Positions 19,947 to 28,898 of a DNA stretch of 64,000 nucleotides are shown here, in pieces. A program made the translations under genes and the position numbers. Source of the stretch: Myxococcota bacterium (GTDB lineage: Bacteria > Myxococcota_A > UBA796 > CAJQPC01); the NCBI GenBank assembly GCA_036229005.1, contig JAZAMN010000014.1, positions 1 to 64,000 of the forward strand, given 5' to 3'. The notes under the pieces are model-generated. The model did no database searches, was not told the origin of the DNA, and saw nothing but the letters and a program-made list of their open reading frames with translations. Each line of letters starts with the position of its first letter. Position 1 is the stretch's first letter.

Positions 19947-20525
19947 TCAGAACTCCACCACCATGCTCACCCTCGAGGGCGTGGTGGGCCCGTCTCCAGG
20001 CTGCAGTCGGTAGGCGGGCTCGGCGAGGACACCCTGGACGCACTCGGACTGCTCGGCGGTCAGGGTGTCCCAGGCGCTCACCGGGACGAGCTGCTGCTCG
20101 GAGACCTGGCCCCGCACGGGGTCGACGGCGGCGGTCCAGCGCAGGCGCCCGGGCCGCTCCGCCCCCACGAAGCACTCGGAGAGCCGGGGGGAGCGCGCCG
20201 CGACCTGCAGGCGGAAGGCGGCGAGCCAGGGCAGGGCGTCCACGGGCTGGCTCTCGTAGGCGGGGCGCTGGATGGGCTGGATGCGTTCGCGCTTTGGTAG
20301 GGGCGCGGCGGGGGGCTGGGGCTCGGGCAGCTCGAGGGTCGCCGCGGGGGTGGCGGGGCCAGGCTCGGGGACGGGCTCCTCGATGCACGCGCAGCGGGAG
20401 AGCAGCAGGAGCAGGACCAAGAGCAGGGCCAGCAGGGCGGCGCTCAGGCGCTTGCGGCGGCGGGCGCGGTCTCGGGCGCGCTTGCGCTCCTGGAGCTGGC
20501 GCTTGAGGTCTTCGCGGCGGCTCAC
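19947..20525 (-). CDS. TonB-like single-pass protein (basic N-terminus, TM, Pro-rich linker, AgmX/PglI-type C-terminal domain)
   Basis: GTG start overlaps the upstream stop (GTGA). RRRKR, TM, PEPGP...PEPQPP, LSECF...GRLRWTAAVD...GQV...ECVQGVL. Confidence 0.65.
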   Translation of the reverse strand: MSRREDLKRQLQERKRARDRARRRKRLSAALLALLLVLLLLLSRCACIEEPVPEPGPATPAATLELPEPQPPAAPLPKRERIQPIQRPAYESQPVDALPWLAAFRLQVAARSPRLSECFVGAERPGRLRWTAAVDPVRGQVSEQQLVPVSAWDTLTAEQSECVQGVLAEPAYRLQPGDGPTTPSRVSMVVEF

Positions 20526-22402
20526 CCGGAGATCTCCCAGCCGAAGACCAGGCGCTCGCCCTCGCGCCACTCCACGGGGGTGAGGTCCAGGGGCTCGAAC
20601 ACGCTGGGGGCGGAGACCTCGATGCGGGAGAAGGGCCAGGGCAGGGGGTCGGAGGGGGCCAGGCGCAGGCTGCCCGCGTAGAACTCGGCCTCGGGGGAGA
20701 GGCTGTGGCCGCGCTGTACGGCGTTGGCGTTCTCGCCCAGGGCGCCCAGGCCCTCCAGCATGGCCTGGGCCCGGTCGGAGAGGGCGGCGGCCTTGCGGGG
20801 GGCGCGGCCGCGGGGGTCGCCCTCCATCAAGGGGGCCAGCAGCTCCGTGAGGGCCAGCAGGGTGGGGATGTGGGCGCGGCGGACGGGCTCGTCCTCCAGC
20901 TCCAGGCGCTGGATGAGCTGCTCCAGGAACTGCAGGGTCTCGTTGGGGCCCTCCTGCAGGCCGCGGCGGAGCTGGCGGTCGAAGGTGGTCAGGTCCCCGC
21001 TGGCCAGGGGCTCCAGCAGCTCCAGGCGGCGCTCCATGGCGTTGCCCCGGAGCTGGTGCTGCTGCCCGCGTTGGAAGGAGGCCTCGTCCGCGCGCAGGGC
21101 GGCGCGCCAGAGCAGGTCCTCCAGCAGCAGGGAGTACTCGCGGCGCGGGAGCAGCTCGCGCAGAGTGAGCATGAGCGCGTCGCTGATCTCGAAGCGGGAG
21201 GCCACGTAGGACATCCAGCGCAGGCTGAGGCTCTGCACGGTGTCGGCGTCCCGGGACTCCGGCGCGTACTGGATGGCGTAGGCCAGCGAGCGCAGGGCCT
21301 CCTCCAGGTCTCCGGTCTCCAGCGCGTAGAGGCCGCGGTGCAGGGCCACGACCCCCCGCTCGGAGAAGCCGGCCTCGTCGTCGAGGGCCAGGAGGGCGGC
21401 GCCGCGCGCGCCCGACCAGACGCTCTGCGGGTCCTGGGCGCGGGCGATCCAGCGCTGGGCGTCGGCGCCATCCTGGGCGTCGATCAGCGCGTCCAGGACC
21501 CCCAGGGCGATGCGGTCCAGCTTGGCGGGGTCGCCGCCGTAGGCGGTGGCGTGGTCGAAGAGGAAGACGCGGCGGTCCGGGGACAGGGCCAACCACTCGG
21601 ACAGGGGCCAGTCGACGCACTCGGTGAGGATGCGGGCGGCCTCGGTGTCGGGCCCCAGGGTGGTGACGGGGGCCTGCTCCCGGATGGCGTCCAGGGACCC
21701 GCGCAGCATGCCCGCAGCCCGTCCTCGCTGGAGGTCCTCAAGCTCCTGCTGACGCGCTTGCCGAGCGGCGAGCTCGGTGAGCTGCAGATCCAGGTCGAAG
21801 AGGCGGGCCTCGATCGCTGAGCGCCCGACGACCTCTCCTTCCTTGAGGCTGAGCTTGGCGCGCTCCAGCAGGTCCCGGAGCAGCCGGGCGGTGACCTGGC
21901 GGTCGCTGAGGGAGGCGGTGGGGGACTCGCCGGCGCGGGCCAGGGCGGCGCGGTGGATGCCGCAGGGGCCGCGGAAGAAGCGCAGGGTGTCCAGCTCCTC
22001 GGCGTCCAGGACGTCGTTGATGGAGACGAAGCGCTGCTGCCGGCTGATGTCGAAGGCGCGGAAGGGCGTGGCGGGCAGGGGCGGGGGGCGGCTGCCCATG
22101 TTGCGCACGACCCAGTTGTGCAGGGCCAGGGGCCAGAGGCCGGCGCCGTCGTCGTCCTGGTGGTGGCCGTCGGGGCAGACGCCGAGCTCGCCCAGGGCGG
22201 CCCAGGTGACGGAGTGGAAGTCGGGGTCGTGGCTGGAGACGAGCCCGCTCTGGTCCTCCAGGGCGTTGCGGAGCATCCAGAGGCGCAGGGCCTCGTCGGG
22301 ATCGCCCTCGCGCAGCGCCATGCGGGCGTTGTAGTAGACCAGGGTCTGCTCGGAGGGGGGCTCCGGCTGCAGGGCCCCCAGGGTCAGGGCCAACCACCAC
22401 AT
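20522..22402 (-). CDS. Secreted alpha-helical/TPR-like protein
   Basis: 626 aa, short hydrophobic N-terminus, TPR-like segments (ALREGDPDEALRLW; RGLYALETGDLEEALRSL). Confidence 0.75.
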   Translation of the reverse strand: MWWLALTLGALQPEPPSEQTLVYYNARMALREGDPDEALRLWMLRNALEDQSGLVSSHDPDFHSVTWAALGELGVCPDGHHQDDDGAGLWPLALHNWVVRNMGSRPPPLPATPFRAFDISRQQRFVSINDVLDAEELDTLRFFRGPCGIHRAALARAGESPTASLSDRQVTARLLRDLLERAKLSLKEGEVVGRSAIEARLFDLDLQLTELAARQARQQELEDLQRGRAAGMLRGSLDAIREQAPVTTLGPDTEAARILTECVDWPLSEWLALSPDRRVFLFDHATAYGGDPAKLDRIALGVLDALIDAQDGADAQRWIARAQDPQSVWSGARGAALLALDDEAGFSERGVVALHRGLYALETGDLEEALRSLAYAIQYAPESRDADTVQSLSLRWMSYVASRFEISDALMLTLRELLPRREYSLLLEDLLWRAALRADEASFQRGQQHQLRGNAMERRLELLEPLASGDLTTFDRQLRRGLQEGPNETLQFLEQLIQRLELEDEPVRRAHIPTLLALTELLAPLMEGDPRGRAPRKAAALSDRAQAMLEGLGALGENANAVQRGHSLSPEAEFYAGSLRLAPSDPLPWPFSRIEVSAPSVFEPLDLTPVEWREGERLVFGWEISG

Positions 22403-23196
22403 CAGAAGGCCACCCCCAGGCTCAGGGAGAAGTCGGCCCAGAGGATGAGGTCCGACTCGGTGACCCCCACGAAGAGCGGGACGTTGAACATCACCCGGGG
22501 GGCCAGGAAGACGCCCTGGGAGAGGTAGAGCTCGTTGCCGAAGCCGGCGACCAGGCTGTAGCGGGCCGGGTCGATCTGCATGGCGTCCAGGCGGCGGTCC
22601 TCCAGGTTCTCCAGCTCCTCGTCGCTCAGGGCGGGGGAGACCAAAGAGGAGGCCAGCTCGCGGCCGCGCACGCCCTCGTAGCTCATGGGGTAGACCGCGT
22701 AGCGCAGGCCGGCGTAGACGCTGAACACGAGCTGGCTGGCGGGGAAGCGGCGGGGCATCGCGGTGACCACGCCCTCGGCCACGGGGAGCCCGACGTTCAG
22801 GTCCACCTCCAGGCGGGAGGGGCGGCCGGGCTGGCGGTAGGGGGTCAGGGCGAGCTGCTCGCTGGCGGGGGAGTCCCAGACCCAGACGCGGGTGAGCGCC
22901 AGCTCGTAGATCAGGCCCTCGCTGGGCATGCGCACCAGGGCCCCGGCGCGCATGCTGCTGTAGTTGTTCAGCTCGAAGTAGTGGGTGCCGGTGGCGGCGA
23001 CCTGCACGGCGCTGTCCCGCCAGTTGTACTCGACGGACTTGGAGCTCATGCCGATGGAGCGCTCCGCGAGCACCGAGAAGGGCAGGCGGTATTCGGCCAG
23101 GGTGTCGCTGTCCTCGGTGCGCTCGGCGGGGCTGTCCTGGGGGGCCTCGTCCGCCCAGGCGCCCGCGCTCAGCAGGCAGAGCAGGCTAAGGATCAC
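22402..23196 (-). CDS. Putative outer-membrane beta-barrel protein
   Basis: Signal peptide AWA|DE, alternating beta-strand pattern, C-terminal beta-signal-like FSLSLGVAF. Confidence 0.7.
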   Translation of the reverse strand: MILSLLCLLSAGAWADEAPQDSPAERTEDSDTLAEYRLPFSVLAERSIGMSSKSVEYNWRDSAVQVAATGTHYFELNNYSSMRAGALVRMPSEGLIYELALTRVWVWDSPASEQLALTPYRQPGRPSRLEVDLNVGLPVAEGVVTAMPRRFPASQLVFSVYAGLRYAVYPMSYEGVRGRELASSLVSPALSDEELENLEDRRLDAMQIDPARYSLVAGFGNELYLSQGVFLAPRVMFNVPLFVGVTESDLILWADFSLSLGVAF

Positions 23197-25225
23197 TGGG
23201 GAAGCCCCCGTCGGTGGTGAGGGGGAAGCTGGGCCGGTAGCAGCTCGTCGCGTAGGCCTCCCGGAAGCTGTCGGTGACGTGGTAGACGCCCGCCGTGTCG
23301 AAGGTGGGGTGGTCGCAGAAGCGGGTGCAGTGGGCCAGCTCGTCCTCGATGTCGAAGCTGTCGGCGGTCCAGATGTAGGAGCCCAGGTAGCTCTCGCCGT
23401 CCAGCGCGATGCCGAAGGGCACGGAGAAGGAGAAGGCGCTGGCGGCGCCCGCCAGGAAGGACTCGTACTCGACGTGGAGCAGGAAGGGAAAGTCCCAGAA
23501 CACGCCCAGGTCGTAGCGCTCCTCGCCGACCGAAGCGTGCCACTCGGGCAGGCTGCTCAAGGGGAGCACGCCTGCGGCCAGGGCCTCGCAGAAGCTGGGG
23601 TCGATGGCGCCGCTCTCGCAGTCCTCGCGCACCAGCTCGTAGAGCTCGCCGGAGGCCAGCAGGTCGGAGCGGATGTACACGGCCAGGGGGGAGTCCACCT
23701 GGCAGTAGCTGAACGCGTCGCTGGAGGCGGCGTAGATGGCCTCGTCGCTCAAGAAGCTGATGGCCCCGAAGCTTCCCAGGTCCACGTGCTCGGTGGTGGT
23801 CGCGAACTGCGGCGCGCTCAGGCTCAGGCTCAGGACCTCGCCGGCCTGGCGCTTGCTGTAGGTCTCCAGGAACTCCAGGTAGGCGCTGCGGTCCGGCAGG
23901 ATGGGGAGCGTCCCGAAGTTGAAGGGCCCCAGCTCCAGATCCGGGTTGTTGGGCTGGATGGGGCAGCTCCGCCCAGACGCGGTCTCGCTGGCCCGGGAGG
24001 GGCACCACAGCACCGAGGGCTCCAGCGTCTCGTCCTCGAGCAGGCGCGCGCTGCTGTCGAACACCCAGGCGCCCGCCACCCGGGGTGAGCTGCGCTCGCG
24101 CTCCTCGGGGACCACCTGCGCCAGGGCCTCTTCGACCGCGAGGGCCACCCCGACCTCGTCTCGGTGCAGTCCGATCACGAGGGTCATGTCCTGACCTGCC
24201 GGGCGTTGGGCCTCGATGGCGTCGGTCATCGCGACGACCAGCTCCTCGACCCAGACATCCTCCTCCCAGCCCTCCGAGCAGAAGGCGGGCAGGTCGGGGA
24301 CCAGCAGGCGCTGGCGCTGCATCTCCTCGTGGTCTTCGTCGATCACCCGCTCGCAGGGGGCGATGAAGAACTCCAGGCGCACGGTCTCCTCGACCGGGCT
24401 GCGCAGCAGCGGAAAGGCCGGGCGGGCCTGGGGGTTCTTGCGGGCCCAGGCGTCGGTCGTGAAGGTGCCGGTCGCGTCCGTGACGGTGCTCTCCGCGCAG
24501 ATCAGCGGCAGCTCGGAGGCCGACAGGGGCAGCGGCTCGGTGTTGAACTCCGCCCGGGCGTCGGTCTCCACGCTGGAGTCCCCCACGCTGTCGAAGGCCG
24601 CCGGGCAGCCCACCCCGTAGCCGTAGGGGTTCTCGTCCCAGGGCAGCGTCGCGGTGCCCACCACCTGCTCGCCGATCTCGAAGTGTCGCCGCAGGCCCAG
24701 CCCCTGCGCCTGCTCGTTGCGTAGGGTGGGGAAGATGTGCCGGCCGCGCCACTGGATGTACTGGTTGGTCTCGTCCAGCACGCCGTAGACCTGCAGGCTG
24801 CGGCTGTTGTGGGGGTCCCCCGCGCGCACCACGTTGAAGATGGTGTTGGGCTCCAGGGAGAGCTCGCCGTCCTGGTGGTAGCGCAGGCGCACCTGCACCT
24901 CGCGGGGCTCGAGCTCGATGTGGATGCTCGCGCTCCCGCACAGGGCCTGGATCCCGCAGTCCACCGGTTCGTGCGTGTGCACCATCTCCAGCTCGGTCAC
25001 CGGCGTCCAGTCCACGCGCTCGTCGTCGGTCGCCCAGGTGATCTCGATGACGCTGGGGTCGCCCAGGCCCTGCTCGGCCTCCACGTCCCAGAACACAAAG
25101 AGCGTCTGCTCCTCTTCGAACCACGCCGCGTCCGAGACGTTGAAGCTCGCGTTCACCGGGTAGAGCGGCACCTTGGGGCACCCCAGCAGCGCCGTGAGCC
25201 AGGCAATGCCGGGGCCGGAGATCAT
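23186..25225 (-). CDS. Large Cys-rich lipoprotein of unknown function
   Basis: Lipobox LLGC; 679 aa; several Cys pairs; coupled to both neighbours. Confidence 0.75.
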   Translation of the reverse strand: MISGPGIAWLTALLGCPKVPLYPVNASFNVSDAAWFEEEQTLFVFWDVEAEQGLGDPSVIEITWATDDERVDWTPVTELEMVHTHEPVDCGIQALCGSASIHIELEPREVQVRLRYHQDGELSLEPNTIFNVVRAGDPHNSRSLQVYGVLDETNQYIQWRGRHIFPTLRNEQAQGLGLRRHFEIGEQVVGTATLPWDENPYGYGVGCPAAFDSVGDSSVETDARAEFNTEPLPLSASELPLICAESTVTDATGTFTTDAWARKNPQARPAFPLLRSPVEETVRLEFFIAPCERVIDEDHEEMQRQRLLVPDLPAFCSEGWEEDVWVEELVVAMTDAIEAQRPAGQDMTLVIGLHRDEVGVALAVEEALAQVVPEERERSSPRVAGAWVFDSSARLLEDETLEPSVLWCPSRASETASGRSCPIQPNNPDLELGPFNFGTLPILPDRSAYLEFLETYSKRQAGEVLSLSLSAPQFATTTEHVDLGSFGAISFLSDEAIYAASSDAFSYCQVDSPLAVYIRSDLLASGELYELVREDCESGAIDPSFCEALAAGVLPLSSLPEWHASVGEERYDLGVFWDFPFLLHVEYESFLAGAASAFSFSVPFGIALDGESYLGSYIWTADSFDIEDELAHCTRFCDHPTFDTAGVYHVTDSFREAYATSCYRPSFPLTTDGGFPSDP

Positions 25226-26928
25226 CGCAGGACCGCCGCTTCGAAGGAGAGCCCAGCCCGCCGGAGCTGCCGCTGCAGGCCCCGCGCGATGGCCACCCGA
25301 CCCGCCGTCACCCGCTCGGGGTTCAGCTCGGGCGCCGGCCCCATCAGGCTGGCCTTGAGGGTGTTGGGCAGGGTCTGGACCAGGGCCTCGCGGCTGTCCG
25401 CGGACAGGGCGCCGATCCAGGCCTTGAGCGCGTCCACGTCCACCGAGAGCAGCAGATCCGCCCGGGCCTCGTCCTCCAGGGAGAAGAGCAGGTCGGAGAA
25501 GAGGATCTCGCTGTGCCAGGCAGGGAGGGCCCCACCAAAGCGCTGGCTGACCTGCTCGAACAGGGCCCGCCGGGCATCCGGGTGCAGGCGAGGAAGGAGC
25601 AGGCTCAAGGCCCCGGCGGCGTCAAAGCGCGGCCCCTGATCCCGGACCCGGGTGGGCGCGGGGCCCTGGGGCATGCCGCCCTCCTTGGCCGCGTCCAGCA
25701 GGGCGAACAGCCACGCCGCCTCGTCCCGGTCCATGCGGTCGCTGAGCAGGAGCTGGTGGGCGCAGGCCTGGAGCTGCTCGGCGCTCAGCAGCCGCGCCGC
25801 CTCCATCTGGGTGGGCAGGGGAGCCAGGGCGAACAGCAGGCCGCCGATGCGCGCCGGCACCTGAGCGATCAGCTCCGCGAGCCCCGCCGCGCCGAAGTCC
25901 TGCTTGAGGCTGCGCAGGGTGTCCGCGTCCGCCTGGGCGCCGAGCTGCGCGGAGAGGGCGTGGCGATTCAGGCGCTCGAAGAAGGCGGCCTGGTCCAGGG
26001 AGCCCAGCTCGGCGCTGCGCAGGCGCGCGGCCAGCTCCAGCTTGTCGTCGGCGAGGTCCCCGCTCTGGGGGAAGGCCCCGGCCAGCTCCGGGAAGAGGAG
26101 GAGGGCCTGGACCAGGAGCTCCCGGTCCTCACCGCGGAGCAGCTCGGTGACCAGCGCCTGGGGGAGGGGATCCTGGGCATCGGCGAGGCGCTGCTTCCAC
26201 TGACCACGCTGCGCGTCCACCCAGGCCTGGTCGGCGTCGCCCTCGACCACGGCGGCCACCGGAGCGGGCTCGCTGGGCTCGGGCTCGGGCTCGCTGAGCT
26301 GGGCCAGCAGGGCCTGGTCTTCGGGGGACAGGCGCCCCAGCCGGCGCCAGCCCCAGATCAGGGACATCGCCGCCAGGGTCCCAAGGCCGATGCCCACCAT
26401 CCAGAAGAAGTGGGGGAGCAGCGCGCTCCAGAGCTCGTCGGCGCGGGAGGGGGTGGGGGCGGGCGGGAGCTCCTGTTCGGGGGCCTCTTCGGCCTCGATC
26501 ACCTCGGGCTCGACGGGGCCGCGCAGGTACTCGGGCAGGGGCTTGAGGGCCTGGTTGCTCACCGAGACCGCCACCCAGCCGGAAGACAGGCGGGTCTGCA
26601 GCCGGGAGTTGAGGATCTGGATGTCCCCAGGCTCCATGGCCGCCTCGTGGGCGTAGGAGCAGCTCGCCCGGGTCAGGAACTCCTGGGAGGGCTCCGAGCC
26701 GGGGCCGGGTTCCTGGGTGAGCCCGGGCAGGGAGCGCGCGCGCCCCTGGTCCGCGACGGCGTGATCCACGTAGGTGCAGCCACGGGAGCTGCAGCGGGTC
26801 GCGTCGCAGTCCTGGGCCAGGGCCAGCTCGAAGCGGTTCTCCAGCTCCTGGACCTCGGCCAGCACGGTGGGGGGGATGGTGCGCTTGGGCACCTGGGCCT
26901 GGGCGCTCAGCAGCAGCAGTAGAAACAT
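25222..26928 (-). CDS. Putative FliF-like periplasmic domain + TM + FliG-like (M and C) rotor fusion protein
   Basis: Signal peptide; ELENRFELAL...SLPG...LTRASCSY...VAVSVSNQAL; Pro/Glu linker; TM FFWMVGIGLGTLAAMSLIWGW; FliG-like LAELIAQVPARIGGLLFAL...SDRMD, AAGALSLLLPRL...EILFSDLLFSLEDEARADLL...MGP. Confidence 0.7.
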   Translation of the reverse strand: MFLLLLLSAQAQVPKRTIPPTVLAEVQELENRFELALAQDCDATRCSSRGCTYVDHAVADQGRARSLPGLTQEPGPGSEPSQEFLTRASCSYAHEAAMEPGDIQILNSRLQTRLSSGWVAVSVSNQALKPLPEYLRGPVEPEVIEAEEAPEQELPPAPTPSRADELWSALLPHFFWMVGIGLGTLAAMSLIWGWRRLGRLSPEDQALLAQLSEPEPEPSEPAPVAAVVEGDADQAWVDAQRGQWKQRLADAQDPLPQALVTELLRGEDRELLVQALLLFPELAGAFPQSGDLADDKLELAARLRSAELGSLDQAAFFERLNRHALSAQLGAQADADTLRSLKQDFGAAGLAELIAQVPARIGGLLFALAPLPTQMEAARLLSAEQLQACAHQLLLSDRMDRDEAAWLFALLDAAKEGGMPQGPAPTRVRDQGPRFDAAGALSLLLPRLHPDARRALFEQVSQRFGGALPAWHSEILFSDLLFSLEDEARADLLLSVDVDALKAWIGALSADSREALVQTLPNTLKASLMGPAPELNPERVTAGRVAIARGLQRQLRRAGLSFEAAVLR

Positions 26929-27545
26929 CAGTAAACCCGCACTACGACGCGCCGGTGTCGGGCCAGGCGCTCTTGCTCGGAGAGCCCGACGAGCAGCGAC
27001 TCGTCCAGCTTCTTGGTGTCGGCGTAGCCTTCGACCCGGATGCGCTCGGAGGGGACGCCGACGCCCTCCAGGCGGCCACGCACGGCGTTGGCCCGGTTGG
27101 TGGACAGCTCCCAGTTGGTCATGGGGCCGGCCATGGGGGTGGAGTCCGTGTGGCCTTCGATCGCGAAGCGGTACTTGTCCTGGTAGGGGCTCAGGGTGCT
27201 GAGCATCCGGCTCAGGGTCTCCTGGTGCTCCGGTCGGATGCTGCTGGAGCCGGAGTCGAACACCAGCCCGGAGTTCAGGGACATCTCCAGGCCGTCCTCG
27301 GTCAGCTCCGTGGAGATGAACTCCTGGAGCCCCTCCTCCTGGATGCGCTGTTCGATCTCATCCTGGATCGAGGACAGGCTGGCGGGCTGCTCCACACCGC
27401 TGAGGCTCTCGGCGATCTGCTGCATCTTGACCTGGTTCATGTCCGCCGCCGCCAGCAGCATCGCGAAGAACACCAGCAGGTTGGTGATCAGGTCCGCGTA
27501 GGACAGCAGCCAGCCCTCCTCGCTGGTGTAGGAGCGCTTCTTCAC
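26928..27545 (-). CDS. motB: MotB-family stator B subunit (OmpA-like peptidoglycan-binding domain)
   Basis: WLLSYADLITNLLVFF with the conserved Asp; LVFDSGSS, EGHTD, NWELSTNRANAV, RRVVV. Confidence 0.9.
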   Translation of the reverse strand: MKKRSYTSEEGWLLSYADLITNLLVFFAMLLAAADMNQVKMQQIAESLSGVEQPASLSSIQDEIEQRIQEEGLQEFISTELTEDGLEMSLNSGLVFDSGSSSIRPEHQETLSRMLSTLSPYQDKYRFAIEGHTDSTPMAGPMTNWELSTNRANAVRGRLEGVGVPSERIRVEGYADTKKLDESLLVGLSEQERLARHRRVVVRVY

Positions 27546-28258
27546 GGCTCTCTCCCGGACCAGGCGATCAGCTCCAGGGCGGTCTGCTCACAGCGCTCCA
27601 GCACCCCCAGCCGCTCGTCCAGGTGGTTGCGCAGGAAGTGGCCGATGGGCCCCGCGACGCCCGCACCGAAGGCCACGCCGTAGAGGGTGGCCAGCAAGGC
27701 CAGGGAGATGGACGCGCCCAGGTCGGTGTCGGCGTCCCCCATGGTCTTGAAGAGCTGGATCATGCCCGTGATGGTGCCGACCATGCCCATGGAGGGCGCC
27801 AGCTTGGCCAGCAGCTCCCAGTTGCCCACGGCCGGCTGGTGGCGGGACATCTCCGCGTGCTGGAGCTCGGTGAACGCGGCCTTGACCCCCTCCTTGGGGG
27901 CGCGGCTGAGCACGAGCTGGAGCATGCGCTGGGTGACCGGGTGGGCGCTGCCCTCGGCCAGGGCGACGGCCTGGGAGCGGTTGCCGTCCAGCCACAGCTT
28001 CTGGAACTGGGTGCGCTCCGCCTCCATGGACTCGTTGGTCTTCTTCATCACCCCCAGGCCGGGGATCAGCTCCCGCAGGGCCGCGAAGGTGCGGAAGGTC
28101 GTGGTGGCGCTCGACATCACCAGGATGGCGGAGAGCGAGCCGCCCATCACGACGATGAAGGCGTGGGGGTCGAAGGCGGAGACGGTGGTGGCGTCGCGCT
28201 CGCCGCCGAAGCCGTAGGCGACGACGAAGACCAGCAGGGCGAGTCCAAGGATCTGCAC
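27542..28258 (-). CDS. motA: MotA/PomA-family stator A subunit
   Basis: AFIVVMGGSL, APSMGMVGTITGM, LALLATLYGV, GPIG; directly upstream of motB (GTGA overlap). Confidence 0.88.
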   Translation of the reverse strand: MQILGLALLVFVVAYGFGGERDATTVSAFDPHAFIVVMGGSLSAILVMSSATTTFRTFAALRELIPGLGVMKKTNESMEAERTQFQKLWLDGNRSQAVALAEGSAHPVTQRMLQLVLSRAPKEGVKAAFTELQHAEMSRHQPAVGNWELLAKLAPSMGMVGTITGMIQLFKTMGDADTDLGASISLALLATLYGVAFGAGVAGPIGHFLRNHLDERLGVLERCEQTALELIAWSGREP

Positions 28259-28268
28259 GTTTGTGTCC

Positions 28269-28898
28269 TTACAGCGAGCCGCTCTGCAGCGCTTCGAGCT
28301 GCTGGCGGACTTGGGGGTCGCTCTCGATCTCCTCGACCTGCTCGTAGACCTCGATGGCCTTCTCGCGCTCGCCCATGAGCATCAGGATGGAGCCCTTGGC
28401 GCGGAGTGTCTCGGGGTGAGAGGGGTAGCGGGCCAGGATGAGCTCGCACCACTGCAGGGCGAGCTCGTAGTTGCCGGCCGAGATGGCCTCGTTCATGCGG
28501 CTGCGGGCCTGGATGATGCTCACGGCGGGGGCGTCGCTGTTCACGCGCAGCCCGCGCTCGCGGTAGGCATCCTCCAGCACCGCGTCGGCCTCGATGGGGG
28601 GCGGGGGGACCAGGCGGGTGGCCGGGATGGTCTCCACGTCCGTGGCCTGGGCGGTGTGCTCGATGACGATGCGCTGGCCGCTGGCCAGCATGGGGATCTG
28701 GACCTCGGTGATGACGTCCCCGTCGTTCCAGCTCACGGTCATCGCGGTGGTGGAGCCGAAGCCCATGGGGCGGAGCTGCGTGCCCTCCTCCTCCTCGAAG
28801 GTCTGGTTGACCTCGGGGGCGGGCTCGATCAGGTAGTGGGTGTAGTTCCGGGTCGCGCAGCCGGTGAGCAGGGGCGCGAGCCACACAAGGGAGATCAT
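28269..28898 (-). CDS. TPR-containing lipoprotein
   Basis: Start MISLVWLAPLLTGC (ATGA overlap); C-terminal TPRs (GNYELAL..., KGSILMLMGEREKAIEVYE). Confidence 0.85.
   Translation of the reverse strand: MISLVWLAPLLTGCATRNYTHYLIEPAPEVNQTFEEEEGTQLRPMGFGSTTAMTVSWNDGDVITEVQIPMLASGQRIVIEHTAQATDVETIPATRLVPPPPIEADAVLEDAYRERGLRVNSDAPAVSIIQARSRMNEAISAGNYELALQWCELILARYPSHPETLRAKGSILMLMGEREKAIEVYEQVEEIESDPQVRQQLEALQSGSL

Noticed and set aside
26928..28258. Zorya ZorA/ZorB defence system
   Set aside because: The A subunit is only 238 aa with no long cytoplasmic tail, and no ZorC/D/E-like helicase or nuclease is adjacent.
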